A stretch of DNA of 64,000 nt from Amoebophrya sp. A120 (taxonomy: Eukaryota; Protista; Dinoflagellata). Below the pieces are notes generated by a model, which had not been told where the DNA came from, searched no databases, and worked only from the letters and a program-made list of their open reading frames with translations. The position numbers and the translations under genes are program-made. Location of the stretch: the NCBI GenBank assembly GCA_905178155.1, contig CAJINV010000010.1:1502094-1566093 (forward strand), written 5' to 3'. How positions within the stretch are numbered: the stretch's first letter is position 1; each line of letters begins with the position of its first letter. Of this stretch, positions 11,296 to 23,261 are shown piece after piece.

Positions 11296-14200
11296 ATGTC
11301 CTTCTTCTTCACGTCCACTTTTCGTCACCTCCCGCAAACCGCCCTCCGGCTCACCGGCGCCACGACCGCGGTTTCTTGTGAGGAAATCCGGAAGGGGGAA
11401 GTGGTCAACTGGTCAGGTACCAGGAAATCCGGCAAGAATGCCGAGACGGTTGTTGTGGAAGATACAGAGGATTTGGCGACATTTATGGAGAAAAGAAAGC
11501 AGGAACTGCTGAGCCAAAGACTGTACTCTCCGTCGTACCGCAGAAGTCATCAAAGTGGCACGACAATCACGAACCTCGCGGATGCCATCCCGCGGCAGAA
11601 TTTCCTCCGACCTCTAGGTGCGTGTTTGAGTCCGAACGGAGCAGGATTGATCGCTGTGGAGGAGGAGGAAATACTGAAGAACATCAAAGCGGATGAAAAT
11701 GATTTCACATCCAGCAATACAAACTCCCCTTCAACAACAACAGCACCCGCTGCTCAAATGTTGTCCTGCGAAAAACTTCGGGACATCAAAATCGACAAGG
11801 AAAACATGACCATCACTGTTGGTGCGGGCTGCACGGTGCAGGAGGTGTTGGAAACTTTGGATGAGCAGAATTTGACTCTCTCGAACTTCTCCTCTGTCAC
11901 CGACCAAACCATCGCAGGGTGGACGCAGGTTGGAGCGCACGGAACGGGGGTGTACGATTCAACGGTAGATGACATGGTGGTTGGTATTGAGGTCGTCACG
12001 CCGAGCAGTCACGGGGTCGTGAAATTGGACAAGAAACAGCTGGAGGGAGAACTTTCAAAAGCTACATCCTCTAGTAATGCAACGGCCGGATCCACTACTA
12101 CTGCACTTTCTTCCTCGTCTTCTCAACTCGCGTCCAAACTCGAGGATTTCTACCATCTGCGCTGCGGCCTGGGTTTGTTCGGCGTGGTTTCCTCCCTGAC
12201 GCTGAAGGTGGTGCCGAAATTTCAGCTGAAAGAGTCAATCTACGTTTTGACCAGGAAAGAAGTGGTGAACGGGCACCGGGAGCGGATCAGGAGACACCGG
12301 CTATGAATTGCAAGAGCATCGTACTAGTACAAATTGCATATACAGATTTTCTCAGCGTGAAAAATTGAATTTGTCACTCTGTTTTACCTTGCTGGAAAGA
12401 AAATTTGTCATGCATGCCTGCAAGTAGTACGGGTACGAAACTTTTGCACAGGATACCGGCACGTCAGGTACCACTGGATCCCCTGGACAGAAGACGTGGT
12501 GGTCACGGTGTGTGATCCAGTGCTGGGGAATACTTCAAGTTCTGGCTCCAATATATCGACTGCGAGGTCACTGGAAAAAATGCAACCTGACAGTGAAGAA
12601 GACGACGCAGAGGAATCTTCCTTCGCGCCAGAAAGGGAGTCGTATCTGACAAAACTGTATCCTGTGCAAAAGTATCGCACTCGTACAAATGCAAGTCTTG
12701 CATTACAAATCTTGTTTTCAAGGGCAAGGCAAATCCGCATTACAAATTTTATTTCTAATGCTGAGGACGAGATTTGTAATGCATTTATACGAATACGATA
12801 CTTTTGCAGTTCATAAACTGAACGAAAAAACCAACACGATCGGTGCTTTAGACACAGCAACCGTGAAGGAGGTGAACCAGATATCAAACAAAAAGGTGCT
12901 ATACATTAACGGTTTCCAGAGGTTGCAGCTATGCACGACAGATTTTTCCTAGAATGCACGGCATGCAATACAAATTTAGGCTCCCTTTCTAATGCGGTCC
13001 TGCATTACAAATTCCGTTAACGTTAACGCTTTTTCCTGTGATACCAAAAAGAAGCACAGTTTTGGCGGAATTTGGTGCAGAAAAGGGGAAAACGGTTTAC
13101 GGAGGAATTGAAGAGCCAGGACGTCGGAGGCGGTGGGTATCATTTCTACGGTGAGCCGTTGTCGAAAACAAGCAACAACAGAAATTCGCTATCGCTGAGG
13201 AATCGGTCTGCAAGGTCCGGCGCTCAACAAGACGCCCTATTCTCTGATTTCGACCCGAGGTCTTCTCATTTTCATTGGAACATGGACACGGCGGCGACGA
13301 TAAGAAATTCTTCTTCATCTTCATCCGCCTCCAGATCTAGCACGACGTCAGCCAAAGGAGCCAACACTTTCAATTGCAAAGCCCTTCAGAGACAAGCAGA
13401 CTCCAAAGACATCCTCGGTTTCCAGTGCGGAGGATCGCAGCACGTCATGGAGATTTGTTTCAAAGTGAACGACAAAGACTTCAACTCCCCCATGACCAGT
13501 TTCTCCCGGCCGGAGCACAGTCTGGACAACGATCTCCACTACATGCTGGAACTGCTGGATATGGCGTTCGCAGACGTTACATTCTCAACTGTTACATGAA
13601 ATTTGTAATGCAAGAATGGCAAAAGTGAAGGGGAAAAGATTGCGCCTTTTGCATTACAGGTTTGGGGCCGATTGTCTTTGTCATGGTATCTAGCGCGTCA
13701 AGAACGTGTCATGCGAAGCAGCTTGGTTATGTAGATGTAGATGCTGGTCGTGCCAATTTTGCATGACAAAGTCATGTAACAGCTGAGAGTGTAATGTTTG
13801 AGAGTCCCATACTGGAAAAGGTGGAGCGGCAGGAAATCGCCGCGCCGTCCCCAATCGAACAGAGGTGGACCAAAGCGTCGAAGAGCTACCTGTCCCCGTG
13901 CTACAGCGAGAAGGACAGCGATATCTTCACGTGGATTGGCGTGATCATGTACCGGGTGACACCTTCGCCAGATGCAGTTACAGCAACTCCAGCACCGGCG
14001 GGATCCGAATCCGAATCTTCATCGGAGGACCACCATGCGGTAAAAATGCAATCAGATTCATCCAACCAGGAGACGTCCTCGATATCAAATGCAAGTCTGT
14101 CTGGGTCTGGAAGATTGCAAGTTTGTCATGCTTGTCTCACATGACTCTTGACTTGAACCTGTAATGCACTTGACAGGAAATAAAGAGCCTCTTGCCTGTC

Positions 14201-14641
14201 ATGCAAAAATGTAGTTTGTCATGCGGAAAGCGAAACACAAAGGAGCCCAGAAACTTGTCATGCGTGGCTGCCTATTGGAGTGTCCTCGCAATTCATATTA
14301 TGAATTGCGAGGACACTCCAACCATATTTGCGAATTTATGACATAAATTAGCATCACAAGTTTCCAGACCCAACCATATTTGCGTTTGATAGTCGAGAAC
14401 GTTAGCCGATATCGAAAACTACTTCAACTACTACGCGGGACAGCACCTCGCTTTGTGCCTCCGGTATAATGGGGTGGTGCATTGGGGCAAGATGCCGCGG
14501 TTTTTCGAACAAGATTTGTACCCGTTGGCGAAAGCTTGTGTGAAGAAAAGATTTGGGGAAATGAATTTAGAAAGCGTCGGGATGGTTCGCAGGAAATACG
14601 ATCCACTAAAAATGCTCGGAATGGCGCCGTGGGAGTATTGA
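11296..14641 (+). CDS. GLDH: L-galactono-1,4-lactone dehydrogenase (FAD-linked aldonolactone oxidoreductase), 5 introner introns
   Basis: Motifs NWSGT, RPLGACLSPNG, GWTQVGAHGTG, RCGLGLFGVV; after splicing HRHVRYHWIPWTEDVVV, VNQKEAQFW, APSPIEQRWT, VHWGK. N-terminus resembles a mitochondrial presequence. Confidence 0.9.
12302..12455. mobile_element. Introner family D
   Basis: TATGAATTGCAAGAGCATCGTAC / GTACGAAACTTTTGCACAGGATA; DR CCGGC. Confidence 0.88.
12658..12815. mobile_element. Introner family D, opposite orientation
   Basis: TATCCTGTGCAAAAGTATCG / CGATACTTTTGCAGTTCATA; DR AACTG. Confidence 0.88.
12882..13043. mobile_element. Introner family E
   Basis: TATCAAACAAAAAG..TTAACGG / CCGTTAA..TTTTCCTGTGATA; DR CCAGA/CCAAA; homolog at 62322. 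Confidence 0.85.
13560..13811. mobile_element. Introner family B
   Basis: TATGG..CTCAACTGTTACATG / CATGTAACAGCTGAG..CCATA; DR CTGGA. Confidence 0.88.
14083..14391. mobile_element. Introner family A containing a 47-bp palindrome
   Basis: TATCAAATGCAA..GGGTCTGGAA / TTCCAGACCC..TTGCGTTTGATA; DR CTCGA/GTCGA. Confidence 0.85.
14275..14321. repeat. Perfect palindrome, 23-bp arms, 1-nt spacer
   Basis: TTGGAGTGTCCTCGCAATTCATA-T-TATGAATTGCGAGGACACTCCAA. Confidence 0.95.
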
Positions 14642-15668
14642 AGAAATGACGGTTACCGGCGAATCTTCAGAATTTTTTCTTGACTTTGAGACTAATACGC
14701 GTGGCACTGTCCTCCTATCTACTGAAGGCTACGCCGGCGTGTTTGTGTAGTGTTGCGAGTAGAACAAGTACTAGTTTCAGATCTAACCGAAGCGGCTGCG
14801 TCTCGTACGGTTTCGCTCGCGATGAGCATTGAGAAGATCTGGAACTGTGATACCTACGCCGATCTGGATTAACGCTGATCTGGATCAGGATGCTGAAACT
14901 ACGTGGAATCGTAGTGCCCATGGTCCTCTTCAGATCCCCACTACTTCCAACTCGAAAAGTAGTACCAAGAACGCTGCAGCAATACAGAATGTAAAATCGT
15001 CTTATTTGGACGAAATTTATTCGGGATGTTGCATTCTTCCTGTAAGGGATGATCCTCGTTCACACGAACCGAAGTTCTTTCTCCGGCGGTGCTGCTGTGG
15101 CGACTTGGTACAGAAAAGTCAGGACGATCTAGAAATTTTGAAGCTGATCATACGTGTTGATCTTGCCTTCTACAGGTTTTGACTTTTCCGATGCCCTTAG
15201 TTCTTCTCGAAGAGAATGTTCCGATCAAGATCTTGTGAAATTCATGGCATAGTAGATAAAAATAAAAAGAAAAACGAAAGCAAGATTATGTATAGAATTG
15301 GTTCTCTGTGTCTTCAAGTTCAGTCAATCGCATTCATTGAATTGCTGCGTACCAATATTTTTTGCGAAGAAGCCCGTGCTTACCGACATCAGAAGCGACG
15401 GAATTGGTCTAGGAGCTTGTGCTTGTGGTGGTTCATCATTTATTTATTTCGTTTACATTTTTTCCGTGTTGGTTGGACTTGCAGTAAAAGAAACATATTC
15501 AATCATCTGTGGTGTCAATAATAGACATAGACGAGTTCCACCTGGAGGACGCTCTTGCGTTTCTTATCGACCGTTGCCGGCACCGGCTACAGCTAAATCA
15601 AACCGAGGTCGCTGGACAAAGCCCCTTAACCACCAGCAGCAGCAAGCAGAGTACTTAGTGCAAAAACC

Positions 15669-18113
15669 ATGTCGAGCGCGACGCCCTCGACGTCAGCCGG
15701 AAGTAGTCCTCGGCGTGAAGGAGAAGAAGAAGTGGACGAGCGCGTCATCGGAGGTGCGGAAACGCTAGAGGAGTTTCTTCGTGCAGTTCGTGAGGATGAG
15801 TGGAAGCGCGTGCGGGAAATTTCTTGTCCGAGAAAGGGGGACCTACTGCACAACCGGTGGCTTCATGTCCGCCAAGATCACGTAAACGGACTTTTGACGG
15901 AACTTTCGAAGCGCGGTACGCATGTTCCTCATTCAATTTACTTTGTGCTTGCGGAATTGCTTTCCAGCATCTACCGTGATCGCGATTATGCTGGCAGGAG
16001 AGATTTTATGTGTGTAACGTCGGCGCTTGACAGCGAACTAGCGGGCTGGCGGTTGCTGCTGAAGATTTACGACAACGATCCCCATCCGCCTGACCTTAAC
16101 AAAATTCCATCCACCGAGAGTGTGCCCTGCAGACCGTTTATGGTTAATTGCATATCTGCGATTTGGCAACCGAGACGCGGCCGCTTTGTCAGCCGATCGT
16201 ATTTGGACGATCACCTCGGGCTTCGCTTCGAAGACGTGATCAACGAATTTTCAGCACGAGGCGTCCGGATCACCGCGAAGTTCCTTAAGGTGTTGATGAA
16301 CATGATTACCGACCAGGAGCTGAAAGACATGATGAAAAACCCAACGCTTGATCAACAACAACAGCGCGATCCGGTTAAAGAGGTCCGGCGGTTGTGCCTG
16401 CACACCGCGGACTTGCTGACAAAGGGCTTAGCGCCAGAGCGTGCAGCGGAAGTACTGAGTGCGGCAGTGAAAGACGTCCCCTACCATGCTCCAGAGTTTT
16501 TGGCCTTCGACCAGCATCTGCTTCGTGCGTTTGTGGCTCGTGGCGCAGCTGTCCCGATCGGGCTCTACCAGACGATTCTCGACGCAGAGGGTCAAGATGG
16601 TAACCAGCTTTTCTCGCGGATCGCTATCGAAGTTCCCGAGCGTCCGTTCTACAGTGTGATGGAGTATCACTTCGTTCGGATCTTCGATGAGATTGATCCA
16701 AGTCCGCCTGATCTGAATGAGCCCGTGCTGAGCAAGTCGATCTGCATGATATTGCGTGCGTGGCTGCGCTGCTTCTGCAGAGGCGAGGACGACGAGCAGA
16801 TGATAATCAGTCTGCTGTCTCGCTTCGTGGCGCGTGGATTTCGCGTACCGCACCACCTTTACCTGGGCATGGCGCAAGAGAGAAAAGCCTCTATTCTGCT
16901 GCCGGTTTTCGACGAGAATCCGCACTACCCGGACATCACTGCAGTAGACGACGAGTATGGGACGACCTCCACTCTGGCGCATTTCTTTCGCGACGACTAC
17001 GACACCATGCTGCAACTTCTGCAGAGGGGTGCGCGCTGCCCGAAAGATCTCGGCCTGCGAGCACGGAATGAACCAGGTTCTATGGCCCGACTGGCAGAAG
17101 ATTCGCAGAATGTGCACACGGCTTTCATGACAGAGCATTTGAAGACTTGTTTGAAAGCGGCGAAAGCCGCTTTGCAAAGTCAACACGTCAACTCCAGCAA
17201 GACTTCTTCGGGGGCCAGCAGCGAGTCCGCCTTAGATAAGGAAGCTTTTTTATCAAAGGTGACGACGGCACTGCGCCACGACCTTGTTGTTGATCGTTTG
17301 ACGAGAACCGTTCCACGTGCCCAGGGCAGGAGCATGGCACAAATCAGGGAATCGATTCGTGGTGCCGTGGATCGCTTCTACACGACTCTTGCGAGAACCT
17401 ACGGAGGAATGATTTGCACCGGGCCGGAGGCGCTTTCGGTCGTGTATCAATATCTGGTCTTGCACGGTCAAGATGATAACTCCGAGATGAATCACGACGA
17501 CGCAGTTTTTCTCCTGTGCCAGCAACTCCTTCAGTCCGCCTCAGAGTACGGCTGGGACCTTCCGGCCTGTGGGCCCGGAAGCATCGCGATGATTCTGACT
17601 CTATTACAGGCACGAGTGAACCTAGCAGAAGCTTCTGAAGATTCCGCCCCGCTGCCTGCGGACATGCAGGAATTCGAGAAACTTCTCCTGACGCAGCAAA
17701 TTCAAGATCAAAGCTCAGTGAAAGAAGAAGCACGCGCCCGGCTGCTGGAATACTGTCATCGCGGTGACATCCAGATCAAGAAAATCTACGACGCAATAGC
17801 ATCAGGTGAAGAGGGCAGCTGCACTTGGGGAGTGAATTCCCTTCGCGGTTTGTTTTTCCAAGCGTTACAGGCGGAGTTCGCGCATTTGTTTGCAAAAGTA
17901 GTTCCTGAACCGGATGAGGATGGGTTCGCTGCCATGACAACAGATGCTGGACAGCTGTTGCAGACGGTCACTGGAATTGCGGAGACATTCACAAGAACCC
18001 TGACTCAAGAATGGACGAACGTGCCGGAGTTGCTGGAGCCATTTCTTGATGAACAGGACGAGCAAAGTATATACTGCAGTTCACATCGCAGGCTTTTCCT
18101 TTTGTGTGCTTGA
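15669..18113 (+). CDS. Intronless 814-aa protein: degenerate ankyrin-like repeats plus C-terminal DSQNVH...C-x-P-G domain (paralog A)
   Basis: Single long ORF; repeated PPDLN/PDI and F(V/S)ARG/LLQRG motifs; close paralog at 20817. Confidence 0.8.
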   Translation: MSSATPSTSAGSSPRREGEEEVDERVIGGAETLEEFLRAVREDEWKRVREISCPRKGDLLHNRWLHVRQDHVNGLLTELSKRGTHVPHSIYFVLAELLSSIYRDRDYAGRRDFMCVTSALDSELAGWRLLLKIYDNDPHPPDLNKIPSTESVPCRPFMVNCISAIWQPRRGRFVSRSYLDDHLGLRFEDVINEFSARGVRITAKFLKVLMNMITDQELKDMMKNPTLDQQQQRDPVKEVRRLCLHTADLLTKGLAPERAAEVLSAAVKDVPYHAPEFLAFDQHLLRAFVARGAAVPIGLYQTILDAEGQDGNQLFSRIAIEVPERPFYSVMEYHFVRIFDEIDPSPPDLNEPVLSKSICMILRAWLRCFCRGEDDEQMIISLLSRFVARGFRVPHHLYLGMAQERKASILLPVFDENPHYPDITAVDDEYGTTSTLAHFFRDDYDTMLQLLQRGARCPKDLGLRARNEPGSMARLAEDSQNVHTAFMTEHLKTCLKAAKAALQSQHVNSSKTSSGASSESALDKEAFLSKVTTALRHDLVVDRLTRTVPRAQGRSMAQIRESIRGAVDRFYTTLARTYGGMICTGPEALSVVYQYLVLHGQDDNSEMNHDDAVFLLCQQLLQSASEYGWDLPACGPGSIAMILTLLQARVNLAEASEDSAPLPADMQEFEKLLLTQQIQDQSSVKEEARARLLEYCHRGDIQIKKIYDAIASGEEGSCTWGVNSLRGLFFQALQAEFAHLFAKVVPEPDEDGFAAMTTDAGQLLQTVTGIAETFTRTLTQEWTNVPELLEPFLDEQDEQSIYCSSHRRLFLLCA

Positions 18114-20816
18114 TCGATCGTACTTATGTTTTTGATCGTGAAGAAGTATTGCTTCTGAAGATCCAGATGAGATGAACATGAGGACCGCATTTCAACGACA
18201 ACAGTCAAGAAAGCCACCCTTTACAAAATAATTACAGGCGGACCAGAGTCCAAATTGTAGTAGAAGAAAGCACACGGTGGAGGCGAAGGAAGATGCTCGC
18301 GGGCGGGCGAAAGAAATTATTGTGTCCTGCGAGAGCTGCAGATAACGCCGCTCGTGAAGATGATCGGAAAAATTAATAAAATTATGTGCTGAAGCTGAAC
18401 GCTCGGATGGAGAACAACTGTAAGAAGAATCATGAGCACCACAGGCCGGAAGCGGAACTTCTTCTTCACCTCCTGGCGCCTTTTCTCGATTTTCGGGAGG
18501 AGCAAAGTAAGTACTTCTACTACTGCACTGCTGAATGTAGATTCGCTCGATCGGTCGGCACTCTTATATATTTTATTAGATTTCTTCATGCAGCTCCAAC
18601 TTTGCAGATGACCATCATGATGAAGATGTACAGTAGCGGGTACTTAGCGCCGAGCCGCTGTATCGAAGAAGAAGAACCGGCACTCGACGTGCAAGAGTAA
18701 CTTATTCATATTTATGCTGAAGCTTAAATCAACATCGCAGGTTTTTGAAACGCCTCGGGCCAGTCTCCGGAACAGGATCCAGATATGCACCAGCATAGTA
18801 CCGTCGGTGCGTCAGCGAGGAGCGCTGTTGCACGAGTATCTGCTCGGGGTCGATGAAGTGCTGATGCTGTGAAAAATAAGAATCTTCATGTATGTTCTGA
18901 CGTAACTAACTGCTCGTCTCAGACGCAAACTCAAAATTGAAACGGGTAGTCTGCTGGTTCTTGGTCGATTTACCTCTATATCTATTCTCATTCCGTAGCA
19001 CCAGCCGCAATGTAATTTATTCCGCTTTACATACCTGAAAATTGATGTAGATGAAAGAGAGACTTATCGATTTGCTATATATTTTCGCACTCTTTTATTT
19101 TATAGCCATGATTTGGAACACGAATAACTACAATTGCATGAGATGAAAAGCGATTGGAAAAAGCTCGCTCAGCGGCATCTGCCGCTGGAGGTCACGCACA
19201 ACAGAAGAAAAAATTGAAGTAGCGTTACTTTATTCGAGATCGTTTTTTTTTTTTACGTTTTTATATCGAGACAACAAAAATCCGTATTTCTTGCTAAACA
19301 AAACTCACAGTTCAAGGCCCAAATAGAGTTTTGGTTTTCATTTCAACACGTGTCCGCTGTCCAAAAGAGAGTCGCTCGGATGTCGATACCCTTCCGAAAA
19401 AGTGTTGAGAACCAAAGAAAAGAACTAAACTCTATGAAACAAAAACTATTATGTGTATGTCGCTCGTCGTGTATGATTTAATTCGAACCGCACACGGGGG
19501 AGGAAATACAAACAAATAGATGCATACGACCGATGACTATGTTTTTCTGAAGACGATGAACGGTTCTCCGAAAGTCTACAACTTGAAGAAGAACACAAAA
19601 ACCGCACGACAAATGAGATTTTTATTTTGGAAAAACAATGAAAAAAAGATAAAATAAAAAAAGAGCGTGATGACGAGGACAAGGCGAGTCTAAAGATGAA
19701 GGTAGTTGGGGGGACCAATGTAGTGCCCTGTATCTCTTGTTCACCGCTTCGAGCGAAGGAGCCGACTTTTAGTGCCATTAAGTGCGTCAACGACTGAGGG
19801 AATTAATTTTCGATCTCGATACTAGCAGGTCCGTGTCGAAGATCTGTCTCGAAGATGTGCGCGCAGAGTATATGACTGTCAGTGAACCGAACCACGACAG
19901 TTCTTCTTGATGATGAACAATGGCAGGGCTGCCGGACGTCTTATGCGAAGTTGGAGATCATTTGCGTGGAATAGATATGGGTGCAGTTGTAGTCTCAAGG
20001 CGAGGACATCACATTCCTGCGTCGCCCACGATCCGTGGTAGCATTTCATTCAACTGAAGTGAGACTAAGACGTGGCTTCTAGCACCAGTCGAGTAGACCC
20101 AAAGGGATCATTTGTAGTTGGTGCTTGATCAGCTTGCCACGTGGTGTGTACGATTGGATACGAGCTGCAGTGGAAAGTGAGCAACTATGCATGGTCATGG
20201 ACTCCACCTCGCATGGTCGATCGACAGCAATATTATCTTGCAACTCTTCACGACTCCATGGAAACGCAACAAGGTCTTGGTCAATATTATTTTGCTGTAG
20301 CTGTGTTTCACTTTAAAGCGCGCCTACTGCAGGTACTACACCAATGTGTGGAGATATCCCTAGTACTACTTGCAGGTGTTTCACAATCACTTTTTCATTT
20401 CGTATTTCTACTTTTCAGGCCATCGCACCGAAGTCCACCAGATGGAGTTCGAAACTTTTCCAAAAACTCACAGTAAGCAACTACCTCGCGGTTTTTGTGA
20501 AGACGGTATCACTTTTCACCTTCACAACGCTGATTACCCATACCCATTAATATAATTTTTTTTTTTTCTATTGATCTATGAGATACTACTGGCATCCTAG
20601 CACCTGTTATTGAACAGGACGAATGGCCGGTAGTTTTTGCGACATCGTGGTAGGCATTCGTTTCTTTTGATTGAAAATAGAGATCAGCACGTTTGGATTC
20701 ATCTGGCCACATCGTCGTGCGGCTCCTTTTGCCACAACTAGCCTACTTATTTTGTTGTAGCCTCAACATCTATAATTGACGAGAAAACCACTGAAGCTTC
20801 ATCTTTCGTCGAAAAC

Positions 20817-23261
20817 ATGTCAACCGCAGCGACACCTTCCACATCGGCCGCCAGTAGTCCTCGGCGTGATGTAGATGTTGTCGACCAACGCATCATCGGA
20901 GGTGCGGAAACGCTGAAGAAATTTCTTCAAGCAGTTGATGACGATGATCAGGAGCGCGTGTCGAAAATTTGTAAGGAAAAGCCTCGTGGTCCTGGTCGCA
21001 ACGCAGACAAGGGGTCTCAGGTCCGCCAAGATCATGTAAACGGACTTTTGACGGAACTCTCGGGGCGCGGCACGAAAGTTTCGCATTCAATCTACCTTGT
21101 GCTCGCGGAATCGCTTCGCCGCATCTGCGATATTCGCCTTTATGGCACCGGACGTTGTACGGATGGTATAAAGTCGGCGCTTGACAGCGACCTAGCCGGT
21201 TGGCGGTTACTGCTGAAGATTTACGACAACGATCCCCATCCGCCCGACCTTAACAAAATTCCATCCACCATTTTGGTCAATCCGCTGCAGTGCAGACCGT
21301 TTTTGGTTAATTGCATACCTGCGGCCAGAGACCCATCCCTCCTCTTCTTTGCCAACCGAACGCATTTGGACGATCACCTAGCGCTTCACTTCGAGGACGT
21401 GATCAGCGAATTTTCAGCACGAGGCGTCCGGGTCAACGGGGAGTTCATTCAGGAGTTGCTGGAGTGGATCACCAAGCAGGTGCAGCTGCAGGAGTTGAGA
21501 GACATGATGAAAAGCCCAAAGCTTGATCAACAGCACGACCCGATCAAACAGTTCCGGCCCTTATGCCTACACGCCGCAGACTTGCTCACTCAGGGCTTAG
21601 CGCCAGAGTGTGCAGCGGAAGTACTGAGTGTGACACTGAAAGACATCGCCGCAAACGGCTCCTACCGTGCTAGAGGCTTTTTAGCCTTCGACCATCATCT
21701 GCTTCGTGCGTTTGTGGCTCGTGGCGCAGCTGTCCCGATCGAGGTCTACCAGCTGACTCTCGCGGCCGAGCATCAAGATGTGGACCGTGCGCTCCTTCGC
21801 TCGCGGATCGCTATCGAAGTTCCCCAGCGTCCGTTCTGCAGCGTGATGGAGTATCACTTTTTCCGGATCTTCGACGAGATTGATCAAAGTCCGCCCGATC
21901 TGAATGAGCTCGTGCTGAAAAAGATTATCTGCCAGACGTTGTCGCAGTGGATGAGGTACACGAGCGACGAGCAGATGATAATCAGTCTGCTGTCTCGTTT
22001 CGTGGCGCGTGGATTTCGCGTACCGCACCACCTTTACTTGGACATGGCGCAAGAGAGAAAAGCCTCTATTCTGCTACCGGTTTTTGACGAGGATCCGCAC
22101 TGCCCGGATATCAATTTATTTTGCGAACGTGAAGCTGAAGGCCACACGGGGACGACTCTAACGCTTTTCTTTCGAGACGACTACAAGACCATGCTGCAAC
22201 TTCTGCACAGGGGCGCGCAAAGCCCGAAAAACCTCGGCGTGGAAGCACCGAGCGACCCGGATTCCATGGCCCGCCTAGCTACCGATTCGCAGAATGTGCA
22301 CACAGCTTTCATGACGGAGCATCTGAAGGCTTGTTTGAAAGCGGCGAAAGCCGCGTTGCAAAGTCCACATGTCAACAGCGAGGCTTCCTCGGCGACCAGC
22401 TTGGAGTCCGGCTTCGATCCGCAAGCTTTTTTATCAAAAGTCCTGACGGCACTGGGCCAAGAGCTTTTTGTTGATCGTTTGAAAAGAACCGTTCCGCGTG
22501 CTCAAGGCAGAAGCGCTGCAGCTATCGGGGAGATGATTCGTTTCGCACTGATTCGCTTCTACACGACGGATCTTGCGAGAAACTACGGAGGAATGATTTG
22601 CACCGGGCCCGAGGCGCTTTCGGTCGTGTATCGATACCTGGTCCTGCAGGCTCAAGATGATAAATCCGGGATGAATCACGATGATGCAGTGTTTCTTCTT
22701 TGCCAACAGCTCCTCCAGTCTGTGACCGAGTACGGCTGGGGCCTCGCGGCCTGTGCGCCCGGAAGCATAGCGATGATTCTGACTTTATTGCAGGGGCGCG
22801 TGAAACTAGCGACAGCTTCTGAAGATAGTGCTCCGCTACCTGCGGACATGCAGGAATTTGAGAAACTTCTTCGAACGCAGCAGACTCAAGATCAAGACGC
22901 AGTGAGGGAGGAAGCACGCGCCCGGTTGCTGGACTACTGTCGTCGCGGTGACATCCAGATCAAGAAAACCTACGACGCAATTGCATCGGGTGAAGAAGGC
23001 AGCTGTACTTGGGGAGCGAATTCCTTGCGCGGGTTGTTTTTCCAAGCGCTGCAGGCCGAGTTTGCGCATTTGTTCGCGAAAGTCGTTCCTGAGCCAGATC
23101 GGTATGGATTTGCTGCCATGACGACAGAAGCGGGCCAGCTGTTGCTGACGGTCTCTGGAATTGCGGAAACTTTCACACGAGTCATGACTCAAGAGTGGAC
23201 GAACGTGCCGGACCTTCTGGAGCCGTTTCTCGATGAGGGCACTATCGCGCCCGCACAGTAG
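20817..23261 (+). CDS. Intronless 814-aa protein, paralog B
   Basis: Long ORF, colinear with 15669-18113 and sharing long identical stretches. Confidence 0.8.
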   Translation: MSTAATPSTSAASSPRRDVDVVDQRIIGGAETLKKFLQAVDDDDQERVSKICKEKPRGPGRNADKGSQVRQDHVNGLLTELSGRGTKVSHSIYLVLAESLRRICDIRLYGTGRCTDGIKSALDSDLAGWRLLLKIYDNDPHPPDLNKIPSTILVNPLQCRPFLVNCIPAARDPSLLFFANRTHLDDHLALHFEDVISEFSARGVRVNGEFIQELLEWITKQVQLQELRDMMKSPKLDQQHDPIKQFRPLCLHAADLLTQGLAPECAAEVLSVTLKDIAANGSYRARGFLAFDHHLLRAFVARGAAVPIEVYQLTLAAEHQDVDRALLRSRIAIEVPQRPFCSVMEYHFFRIFDEIDQSPPDLNELVLKKIICQTLSQWMRYTSDEQMIISLLSRFVARGFRVPHHLYLDMAQERKASILLPVFDEDPHCPDINLFCEREAEGHTGTTLTLFFRDDYKTMLQLLHRGAQSPKNLGVEAPSDPDSMARLATDSQNVHTAFMTEHLKACLKAAKAALQSPHVNSEASSATSLESGFDPQAFLSKVLTALGQELFVDRLKRTVPRAQGRSAAAIGEMIRFALIRFYTTDLARNYGGMICTGPEALSVVYRYLVLQAQDDKSGMNHDDAVFLLCQQLLQSVTEYGWGLAACAPGSIAMILTLLQGRVKLATASEDSAPLPADMQEFEKLLRTQQTQDQDAVREEARARLLDYCRRGDIQIKKTYDAIASGEEGSCTWGANSLRGLFFQALQAEFAHLFAKVVPEPDRYGFAAMTTEAGQLLLTVSGIAETFTRVMTQEWTNVPDLLEPFLDEGTIAPAQ

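Noticed and set aside
16428-17186. Long minus-strand ORFs (also 35002-35790, 55374-56105)
   Set aside because: Antisense shadows of GC-rich + strand coding sequence with no motifs.
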